Assembly: GCF_000181795.1 (NCBI RefSeq)
Contig: NW_003526941.1
Location: 5,433,053-5,497,052, forward strand
Origin: Trichinella spiralis
Lineage: Eukaryota
DNA: 64,000 nucleotides
Direction of reading: 5' to 3'
Below, piece after piece: positions 1 through 18,408 of this stretch. A program made the position numbers and the translations under genes. The notes under the pieces are model-generated. The model was not told where the DNA came from. It made no database searches and was given only the letters and a program-made list of their open reading frames with translations. The number at the start of each line of letters is the position of its first letter. The first letter of the stretch is position 1.

Positions 1-812
1 AACCACAAGTGGGGTAATTATAAAAACAGATTAGCACAGAACCACCACAAACGATCTCTTGTCGTTCAACAAGCAGCAGCAGCAGCAGAAGCAGCAGCAG
101 TTTGTTTTATCGACCAGCCTGTTTCACCAGTGCAAAAACAAGACAATTTTCCAACTTTTACCAACCACGCCCCGAGGCCAAATGAAGCCAGTTTGCTTGG
201 AAAATTTGCACCAATCGCTGGGCAGTTTCTTTTCTTACAAAAACAACAAATCGAAAGTACAACTGGACCGTAAAATGAGCAACATGTGCGTGTTCCCTTT
301 CTCCACCGCCGCCCCCCCCTCCTCCTCCTCTTCGTATGATGACGTAAAAGCTACTGTTCAACCAGCACTTACTTCTTCACGGCTTGAAAATACATTATAC
401 ATTCTTAACCGAAAACAAATTTGATGTAATTTTCATTTTTTTTCTTATATTTTTGCTGTTGTTTAAAAATATAAAACATCGATAAAACGTAAGCGTGTTA
501 CGCCAATTTCAAAAAAATCACAACGAGATGCGGTCCAACCGCGAGCATATGACATCATCAATCTTATAAACAGAGAAAAAAACGAATTACATAAATATAT
601 TTAAAAAACAAAAAATGAAAAGCTGCGCACTGTGAACCGAGTAAAAAAACTTAAAGCTTGCACTGTGGATAATTCAAATGTGAAAGAAAACTGAACTGTA
701 TTACTCGTCAATATCTTCCATCATCATCATCATCCACATCTTTTTCTTTTTTGAAAACAAATTATACAGAAAGAAATGTAATTTCCACATTCCTTCTTAA
801 GCTTTTCGTGTG

Positions 813-8549
<7,737 letters not shown>

Positions 8550-9422
8550 TCTACGGTGAACTTCCGTGCAGCCCTAGGGCGTCCGCACTACAGTATGGTA
8601 CCGGAAAGCAAATGAGGAGCAAGTACATATTACATTTTATTAACAAATATTTAATATTTTGAAATAAAAAAGAGATAAATACATTTAAAATAATGGTATT
8701 TTGCATCAAATTACAAATATTATTTTCTTATTTCCAATTACAGAGAAAATAAATCAATTTTATTCTCCGTAAAGCTGTAAAGTGAAACACCATCATCATA
8801 TTTCATATTTTACTTTATTTTTTACTACAGAAATGTTGAATAAGTTGATTTAATGCCATGAAAATAAACGAATTTGCAACGAATAAAGTACCGCGACGTA
8901 AACTATTGATTTTGATTATTTACTGAAAAATTTAACTATGATAACTGCATCGTGTTTATTTAGTAAATATTTTAAATACCACAAAGCCAGCTAATCATGT
9001 AAAAGCTTCCTTTGGTAAAAAAATGAATAATCGATCAGTTCATTCGTCAACCATTTTGAAAACATTGTTACCAATCTCGATTTGAATTTTCCATTTTACA
9101 GCCAAATATCAACTCTTTAAATTATTTAAAATCTTCTCATTTCTTAAATGGGTCATGTTCCACTGCTGAGGTCTATACTGCCAGTTAAATAACAACGTTG
9201 AAATATGTTTCGTTTACATAACTTTTTCATCATAAATAAATGATAATTCCTTGATAATTGGATAAATTTTCATTTAAATCATTTAGAATTCTTTATGATT
9301 TTATTTCAAGTCTTAATGTTTTCTGAATAACCTAACTATGCAGAAATTACAGTATACCACACTGCACGCCAAACATTTGAAGTTATTTTTTTGCGAATTT
9401 TCAGAATAACGGTTATAATTTA

Positions 9423-12129
9423 ATGCAGCTCAAAGTCTATGAAAGTTATTTTAAAGTAAAATGTTTGTTTATTTTTGAAATATAAAGTTATATGATTATT
9501 TTTTAGGAAACTTCGCGATACATTGAACATCACGGGGGATTGGCAACACATGGCATGCTTCTAGGCAGTTCTTTTAATGATGCAGTAATTATCTATCGCG
9601 CTCTGTTATTTAAAAATGAAGTGGATGTTTATTCAGAATTGAGAAGCATTTGGAACAGTCTTGTTGGAGGTAAGGAATCCTTTTTATAGCTTATTTTTTG
9701 TGTATTTTAATTTATTTCAGGTGTTGATATTGTGGGCATACTCATTTTGGAGACAGCAGAACAAAAGTTGCATGACAGTCATTCCATTATTTCAAAATAT
9801 TTACATTTTATTAGAGAAAAAGTAATATATTAATTTAATTAGTTTATTTCGCGTGACTTGGGAAAAGTTTTACAGTTCATACCTGTAACTGCTGAACATT
9901 TTGTGGTGGCAAAGCATTCTTCTGGCAGTGCTGATGTGCCAAATTTTTTTGCAGTAACCAGAACTGGGTCCATTGAGATGAACATAAATTTGGAGCCTGT
10001 AATCCCTCAATGGATCACAGCTCGAGAAATTCAATCTCAGCTCATCACGTTGAAAAGTTCATTAAAGTTGCAAGCTCAAATAGCTTTGGATTTACACAGC
10101 AGTAAAGGTTAGCGATTGTTATTTTTAATTCAGTACTTTATGATAAAACATTTATTTACGATAAAGCATTTCCTGCAGTATATCAACCTTTTAGTGAATG
10201 TAGAAAAATGCACGATGAAAGCATTCGATCATTTGATTAGAAATATGAAGCAAGACAGTAATGTTTTCATTCATAAACCAAGCGAATCAATTTTTGGCAC
10301 AACATCAAAGAATGGTTTTTTAAACGGTTTGAAAGCAAATTCCACAGTTGGCGATTTACGAACTTTGGACGAAAATATGAATGGAGGCAAAAGTCGATCA
10401 TTGAACAGCATGATTCATTCGGTATAAATTTCATAGTCAAGAATAACATTGTTTGTTTGTCTTAATTATTTTAATTGAAACTATACCTAATTTGAATATA
10501 AAGAAAAATTTTTAGTTTGTATTTTTCAAATGAATAGGCTGCATTTTTCAGAAAGTTATTCAACTTTCACATGGCAAGTTATTCACGCCTGATTTAAGTG
10601 ATGACAACAAATTCGCGCTTATTGCTGATTCACAAAATAGTAAATGGATATTTTGTTGTCATATCAATATTTGGTTTAAAATTATATTTTTAGGAAATTA
10701 CAAAGTTTATTCAGTTCCAGTTAATTTAGAACCAGTGATTTGTTTACGGTCAGAAGTTGGAGTGAATGCAATTCACATCAACTTTGAAATAGCTATAATT
10801 CGACTTTTAGAACAGGCCAAACAGTGTTTGTTGAAGAATTGTAATTTTGAAGTAATTAATTAGCAATTGCATTATTGTTGTGTAAATTAATAGAATTTCA
10901 ATTTTTAGTTCTTAGAATTTCCAATACCAGAATTCACCTTGTTGCTTCCTCCACCAGCGCTGTTTTTCATCACCGTATGCCAGCCTCGGAACACCAGCGA
11001 TTCAGATAATCGTAATTTTGTTGATTAACAAGCAAATATGCGTGCCTTTCAAAAATTTATAACAATTTAGTTGAATGGAGAAATGATTTGCATGCAGTGT
11101 GGAATTTGTCAACATTTCGCAGCGTATTTCGTCGGATGAATCGCTTTGTATTTTCTGACGATCCGCAATCACGTTTGAGAAACGTACATGAAGCGCTCAC
11201 TCCACCAGGAAGTACGGGAAAATGCTGCATTGTAACATAATCATACAATATTTTGTATCCTACTTTAAGAGGAATCGAATATGGCAACTGTTTATGGTTT
11301 GTATGAATATTATCATTATATGCAGGACGGTTTCGACGATCGTGGTTGGGGTTGTGCGTACCGAAGCTTGCAGACAATATGGTCATGGTTTATCCTGAAC
11401 GGTTATACAGAAAAGCCGGTTCCAAATCATAGGCAAATTCAACAAGCGCTTGCAGACATTGGTGACAAGCCGAAAAGTTTCGTTGGCACAAAACAGTGGA
11501 TAGGATCTATGGAATTGAGCTACTGCATTGATCATCTATTGGGCGTCTGTTTATTTGATTTTATTTAAATTGAAAATGGGAATGAAATTTGCATAACTTC
11601 AGATTACGTGTCGAACGCTGTCACTGAATAGTCGTGAAGAACTGACTGATTGGGCTGAGGAATTGAGACGTCATTTTCATTCTGCAGGAACACCAGTAAT
11701 GATTGGTGAGCACATTTTTTAAAACAAAAATGTAAATATATAATTGAACATTTTATTCTTGTAATGTAAAGTGTTTGTTTATTTTTTATTCAAATTCAAC
11801 AGAATAGAAAGAGTGGAATTCATATGTATTTAAAAATTGTTTTCACGATATTTCAGGCGGAGGCAATCTTGCGCATACTATTCTCGGCGTTAGCATAGAT
11901 GAAGAAACGGGAGAAGCAAAATACCTGGTTTTAGACCCTCATTATGCCGGTGCAGAAGATTTGAAATCTATCACGCAAAAAGTATATTATTTTTGTTCAA
12001 ATTGTTTGGTTGATCTTCTAACATCCGTTTTTAATTTTCAAGGGTTGGTGTGGCTGGAAAACGGTCGATTTTTGGAGCAGCGGTAGTTTTCACAATCTTC
12101 TGCTTCCTTTGCTACCCGACCAGCATTAA
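9423..12129 (+). CDS. UFSP2: Ufm1-specific protease 2 (peptidase C78), multi-exon
   Basis: [55 protein letters not shown] and LVLDPHY give the catalytic Cys and Asp-Pro-His; GWCGWK near the end. Start inferred at ATG 9423 after a TTTCAG acceptor; stop TAA 12127-12129. Confidence 0.93.
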
Positions 12130-12184
12130 TAAAAATGAATAATAATTTCAATTAAATAATCACTTTTGAATTGTGATTGTTCAT

Positions 12185-13610
12185 TTATTGTCTGTTAAAT
12201 GTGTTTAAAATTGCCTGAATCAATTTGGAAACTACAAAAACATTTACACTACTTCCCAATAACTGATAACGCTGGCGAATGTTGATGTTTGCGGGGAAAA
12301 CTTAAACCGGTAAATCAGATTTGAATAAAATAGAAAATTTTCAAAACATTATTACCAAAAGTTTCCGGAAAACCCATCAGTCGTTGTATTTCACTGGGGG
12401 TAAAGAATCGCAATTTTTCAGTACCATCTTGCATTTTGCACCTTAGAATCGATCCAGTTCCTTTGACGTAGCGACCATATCTGAAACAACATTTTTCACA
12501 AAAGAGCATCACACCCAACTTGTGCTTTACCCTTTGGTGAAACAATTTGAAGAAGTATCATCTCTGCAGACAATATCCATACAATCTTTATGAATTAAAA
12601 GTCGTTCTGGAACCAAGTACTTCTGTAACTCTGTTTCTTGTAATGTGCACAAAAACTCGGAAATTGGCTTCGAACAAACCACTTTTGGACAATTGGAAAG
12701 TTGCTATAAAGAAATGATAAGGATGCAATTATGAGACGAGTAAGGTTTGCCGTACTTCACAAGCATCAACAGCAACAAGATCATCTACACTTTCATGTTC
12801 AGCAATTAAATAAGCCCGTTTTCGATGATTTGGAATGCCAAAGTCGTAGGGATCAAGTATAAAAATCTAAATTACACTGATGAAAATATACAAAATGATC
12901 AATATAAATTAACAGTTCACCTTGCTGTTGTAGCCTTTCATTTCTAAAGTCTCGGTTAGGTTCGTACAAGCAACAGAATTGATAAATCCAGGAACATTTT
13001 CTAGCAATATATATTTTGGAAATGATTGCATTCTAAAATTTCACCTACTGTGTAATATATGACTTTAAAAGATTAGGTGTACTTCGTCAACACTTCAATA
13101 ATGTGAACAAAAGGTTCTGCACGTGAATCGTTCACATCCCGTCTGTTTCCACTTCTAAGCAAATTACCAAAATCGTTAATATAGTAAATATAACACATTA
13201 ACCTTCTTACAACATGAAAGGTTGACAGGGAGGAGAAAGCATCCAAAAATCAGACTGAAGTTGGTCTAATTCATTCCAAGTCAGCGACTGAAAATACCCC
13301 AGTTAATCAATTTAATAACAAATTTTAAAATCTTACACAAATATTTCTTCTTCTGAAAATATCTCCACCAAAATTTGCGACATATGTGCTATTGCAAGTT
13401 TCATCAATGTCGTACGCACCAACGGGAACGTATTTCACTTTAGAACCTGAAATGAAAGCAAAATTCGTTTCCAAAACATTCAGAACTTTTCAGTCTAAAC
13501 AAAAATATGCTTCAAGACAAAATTAAATTTCCCTTACATTGCAATGCAAGGCGGAAACCCCCAATTCCAGCAAACAATTCCAGAATTCGTGGTGTTCGTT
13601 CGTTCCTCAT
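12185..13610 (-). CDS. DNMT2: tRNA (cytosine-C5)-methyltransferase DNMT2/TRDMT1, multi-exon
   Basis: Motif I LELFAGIGG, motif IV SPPCQPF, motif VI LENVPGF, motif VIII GIPNHRKR, DNMT2 signature CFTKGYGRYVKGTGS, LRFFTPSEIQRLMGFP, motif X YQLLGSSVNV. Confidence 0.95.
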
Positions 13611-14825
13611 TATTGCCAGTTGTTACTTTTATTGTTTATGAATGTCTTTGAAATATATCAAAAAACATCAATCATTATCAAAATAGCAGTAAAATGAATC
13701 ATACTGAACTGTAAAACAAATACAATTGAAGATATTTTAATTGTCTGATATTTTGTGAAATGAATGACACAAAAGTACAAATTCCAAACAGTTTTTTTCA
13801 CTTTATTGAATTATTATAAAGTGAGGTATTAATTAATTTGTTGCTAAGTTTAATAAATTTCATTCAATGAATTCCACGAAATATTAAAAAAAATGAAACA
13901 TATTGAAATTTTGTACATGAAAGCTACACTCAGCAATGTAAATGCAGAAATGAAGCATTACCTGCCATTGGCTGATTTTCAAAATTCGATGACCCCTACA
14001 TAATCGTAGTATGTGTAAAATATTAAATATAAACCAAAAAAATAAAACTCCTACTTTTCAATTACTGTACAAAAGTAGGTTTATTTCTGCATTCCCGCCA
14101 GTTCGCTACAGTAATGTTTCCCGCTTAAAAAATAGAAATCCTTGAAAGTAGTTTTATAAACCTGATATCGTATAAATAAGTAATGAAATGCTTGGCAAAT
14201 TGTTACAGAAGTTTTTACTCAGTATTTTCATTTATTTGATTCAAAATCATGACTAATGTAAACAATTTTACTTGATTATCCATAAAATAAGAATTTTCAT
14301 ATTTGAATGCTGCATAAGTTACCTCCTTCTTTCAGACAGGATGATTTTGCGTTCAAGTTTTTTAAGTACGAATGAAAGCCAGCAACAGATGCTCTATACG
14401 CTACCGCATGCGATATCAGTAAGCAATTTGATATTTTATAAGATTTTTCGTCTGATATATGATGTTTTATTGCTCAATTTTATACTGTTTTGCCTATTTT
14501 ATTATCGAAGTCGTTCTTATGGTTTTCAATTAAATGATTGATTTTTTGAATTGAGTATCCAGTTTTTTAATTATAATAATGACTATTATTACAATTAGGC
14601 CAGAATATGATACATTTAAAGAAAAAGTATATGCAATTTTCAAAGGTTGTCAAAAACCCATTTTTTATTTTGAACTGACTTTGACGTTGACTATTGTATA
14701 AGGAAATCCAAGACAGCATGTTATAAAGTGTCAGACAGAACAAATTAGAGTAACTGTTTAATGATAATGAGATTAGCGAAATGTAAATGAAGAATCAATT
14801 ATACTGTCTACAATTTTGCCTGCAA

Positions 14826-15765
14826 TTAATTTTTCCAGAAATTTGGATCCGCCGCCAGTCTCCGTGAAAATTGTTCGTACCAGCCTTGTACAACGTTCAC
14901 CGGAACATACGGCCCGTCAGCTTTGTTTACGATGTCTGCTTTATTAGCCGAAAATGACAAAGCATAGTTGAAAAAACTCTGAAGCATGTTTTGGGTGAAT
15001 TGCACAAAGTTGTCTGTTATCGGTGGATCCAGATCACCCACCGGCGTCAATGAAGTGATTGATGTAAGCGGTTCCACCGATATACCAAGCTGAACCACAG
15101 TACTTGACTTGTTAAAACCCACAAAACCACCAGGTACGTTTGTTTGTGGAACTACTGAAAAAAATAATACTTGCCTTCTTCAGAAATTCATACTAATTGT
15201 AAATAGTGGATAAATTTTAAAAATTGTTATCATTATCTTACTCATTGACTTCAGCTTTGTCACTCTAAAAATAGCGCTCGGTTTTTCATTGCTTACAAAG
15301 CCTAGGTATAGCCAAGCTTGTTGTCCATCAGAGGAAGGATAGCACAGATATACTAAAAGCACATGTTAAGAATTTGAATTAGCACCTTTTGAAAGTTTCT
15401 ACCAGCTCCACCATAGCCTTGTGGAAATGCTACTTGCCCTGTTAGCAAAACGATAATGTGGTTAACATGTTCGGCGTCGTCTAAACTGAAAACGCAATGG
15501 GTGTCGTCAATTTGAGTGAAATTGGTTTGCACCTGAAACAACATTCAGTTGCTATACTCTCGAGGAATAGAACTGTTAATTAGGTTATATAATGTGAAAC
15601 AATACAGTTGAAGTTTATTTGCAGAAAACTCTATTGTATAATAATGCTTAACGTTCAGAATTTCTATCATGATAATTTCATTTTATTTTTATATTTATAT
15701 ACGTGAAATTTTATTTCTAATATTTATGAGCTTACCGCTCTTCCTGGTACAAGAACACCGAACAT
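14826..15765 (-). CDS. HIKESHI: Hikeshi / OPI10 family Hsp70 nuclear import carrier, 4 exons
   Basis: MFGVLVPGRA|VQTNF..., NHIIVLLTGQVAFPQGYGGA, WLYLGFVSNEKPSAIFR, QLGISVEP, and C-terminal WYEQFSRRLAADPNFWK match the family pattern. Confidence 0.93.
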
Positions 15766-16739
15766 GCTTTACGAGTAAATGAAATTAAAAAAAAGTGAAT
15801 TAGGTTTACTGTAACTTGCAAGTACAATTGACTATTTATAAATTCAATTCTTCAAATTGTTTTTCATAAAATGTTGAACGTTTCAAATATGAAATATTAA
15901 TAACATCAATTGAAGAATTGAACTGTGTATTTTGCATAGTGCAAAGTGAAGTGATTGAGCATGGTGAATTGAATTATTTCTTTTTCACAGTTTATTTTTG
16001 ATTAGAATGAAATTCAGTATCCTATCAGAGTTATTAGAGAGCGTTGAAGAGATACGTTTAAAATTGTAGATTGTGAGAAGGATAATTTGCCATTGATATT
16101 CAAAAAGTTCAATGAAATAAAAAATTGTTCTCATATTCATTTTCCATGTTTTTGTATTCAGTATATAATATGTTCAGCATGAAGAATGATAATGAATATC
16201 AAAACTGTGTTCACTATTATCAAAGATGTTTGTTTGTTAATAAAATAGTTGTCAACATTCGCAGTAGTGAAGTTTCTAATGTTTTTTTCCTGCTTTTTCA
16301 TACCAGCTTTATATCTGTTAACTGATGATTGTTTTGCTTGCATTTTTGAACAGCTGTCACAACGATGTAGCCAACAAGCCAGTGAATTGCAGATCGTTTC
16401 CAATGACGCGCGTGTGTTGTGTTAGCTTTGTCGGAAGTCGTCTGGCGCTTTCTATTTGCAGCCGCTGCTTTTTCTTTTTTTCCTTAATAAAAATCTCTCT
16501 TTGATATATATATATATATATATATACATATATTCAAGCATATATATCTGCGAGCAGGGTTTGAAATTTTTTTTACCAAGCAGAACGCACTTTTCGTGCC
16601 TGCTTTTAACAGGCGTAATCATTTCCTGTTGAATTGTGTGTGTTTTTTATGGCTTTTATTTGTTTTCTTTGTTGTAGTATGAAAAAATTTTTTTTATTAT
16701 ATCAATTTTTACAAAAGAATTTTTTGCTTATTTTTTTAG

Positions 16740-17111
16740 CTTCGTGACTGCAGGTGGAATGCTTCTTCAACGTCTCGTCGGTCAAATTTGTCTTTGAAGT
16801 CTTTGGTAAGTGTTCATTTCGGTGTTTGATACTTTTTCACGCGTTCAAAATTTCATCTGTTGCAATTACAATAATAAGATGGCGAATATTTTTCACGCGC
16901 TTTTTTGTTTGTTCAACAAATTGTCTTTCATACTGTATCATTTGTTCAAATTAACCATTTTATTATCGTGAGGTTCAAAAATTATCATCAGTGAATTCAT
17001 TAATTTATTCCATATTTGCTTTGAGAATGGGATTTTCCTTTTCAAAGATTCTTGTGGAGCTGATGGGCAAGCTTAGTGTAGTAGATTTTGACTGTTTCGG
17101 GTGACAAATTG
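16740..17111 (+). other. Putative non-coding 5'UTR exons (16740-16805, 17048-17111) of an unidentified + strand gene
   Basis: Each segment has a pyrimidine-rich acceptor (TTTTTTAG; TTTCAAAG) and a perfect G|GTAAGT donor. Only short uORFs are present. They are followed by ~14 kb of T/G-skewed intron-like DNA. Confidence 0.45.
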
Positions 17112-17776
17112 GTAAGTTTGGGTATTTTGGCAACGAATGAAAAAAAATTAGCATATCAAATAAATTGTTTGATTTATGTGTCAATGTAAGCTATTTGTAC
17201 TTTTGTTCGTCAAGTGGATTAAGATGTCAACAGTGAAGTGATGTGAGATTTTTGTCATTGCCGAATAGCAGAGATATGCAATCTCGAATTGATCAGTGTC
17301 GTTGATGTTATTTTTGTTTTTATTATTATTCCAACATTATCAAGCTAAAATTATTCTCTATGAAAAAGCAAGAAAACAGTTGCTATGGAAGTGTTCAAGT
17401 GTTTATTTATTTGTTTATTAGTTAGGTGGTTAGTTAGTACACAGATAGAAGATGTCAGTTGGCTTTCGTCGTGTTATTTATTACAATAACAGTGTTCGAA
17501 TGAATGACAATTGGAACCACGTCGAGCCAGGTAGAAATTTTCTACCTGTGATATATTGCCAATATTGTCAATAGCAGCAGGCAATTATAATAAGTGGTGA
17601 ATATTTATTTTTTAAATCATGAACAAAATAAGAAAAATAAATTGTATCATATATAAGGAATTTGACCAGACATACAGACATACAGACAGACTGACAGACA
17701 GATAAATTATATTATGATAATTGAATACTTAGAATAAATCTAAGATCAGTAAATATGAGACGAAGTAGGAAGACTA

Positions 17777-18160
17777 CTACTCGTCGGATTCTTCGGATTC
17801 ATCCTCACTATCTATGTTCACCAGAGCATTCCAAATGGCCAAGCATACCTTTATACAGTTGTCTTCGGATAGATTGTTGAAGTCTATTTGCAAAGTGAAA
17901 ACGTCTTTATCTGGATTGTAGAAGAGGTACGGCTCTCCGATGTAATCTTTATTATCCATCGATTGCTGGTGTTCCACAATTCGTTCAACTTGTTCCATGT
18001 TGTAGTGAGTTTCATTCAAGAATTGGATGAGTTCCTCTTTTTCTCGGGAGGTCTCCCAATGGTCCAACAGGTATCTGGCCATGTGCAGGAAAATTGCCAA
18101 CACGACCAGCCACAGCATCAAGTCGACATTGTCAAAATCGAGAATTCTCCAGTCTTCCAT
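17777..18160 (-). CDS. Intronless 127-aa orphan protein with N-terminal hydrophobic segment and acidic tail
   Basis: Clean ATG-to-TAG ORF with protein-like composition, visibly GC-richer than its flanks. Hydrophobic LMLWLVVLAIFLHMA and tail DSEDESEESDE. TATA box ~70 bp upstream. Confidence 0.6.
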   Translation of the reverse strand: MEDWRILDFDNVDLMLWLVVLAIFLHMARYLLDHWETSREKEELIQFLNETHYNMEQVERIVEHQQSMDNKDYIGEPYLFYNPDKDVFTLQIDFNNLSEDNCIKVCLAIWNALVNIDSEDESEESDE

Positions 18161-18226
18161 CGTGTGTAAGTTTGTACCACCGACAAACGAAAACGATAGA
18201 AATGGAAATTTGAACTGGAATTCGCT

Positions 18227-18235
18227 CTTTTTATA
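18227..18235 (-). promoter_or_regulatory. TATA box (TATAAAAAG) upstream of the orphan ORF
   Basis: Plus strand CTTTTTATA at 18227-18235. An Inr-like CCATTTC lies ~30 nt downstream on the minus strand. Confidence 0.5.
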
Positions 18236-18243
18236 CTAGTCGG

Positions 18244-18330
18244 TTTAGTTTAAATTTAAACGTTTTTAGTTTTAGCTTTAGTTTAAATTTAAACGTTTTT
18301 AGTTTTAGTTTTAGTTTAAATTTAAAACTT
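18244..18330. repeat. 33-bp tandem repeat x3 with 14-bp palindrome GTTTAAATTTAAAC
   Basis: Palindrome at 18248-18261, 18281-18294 and 18314-18326 (third copy imperfect at the last base); exact 33-bp period. Confidence 0.9.
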
Positions 18331-18351
18331 TTTCACTTTAAAATATTGAAA

Positions 18352-18353
<2 letters not shown>

Positions 18354-18402
<49 letters not shown>
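18354..18402. repeat. (TA)n microsatellite
   Basis: Uninterrupted TA run of about 24 units. Confidence 0.95.

Positions 18403-18408
<6 letters not shown>

Noticed and set aside
14336..14419. Isolated + strand exon-like segment (TTTCAG ... GTAAGC) between DNMT2 and Hikeshi
   Set aside because: No partner exons or recognisable protein; cannot be supported.
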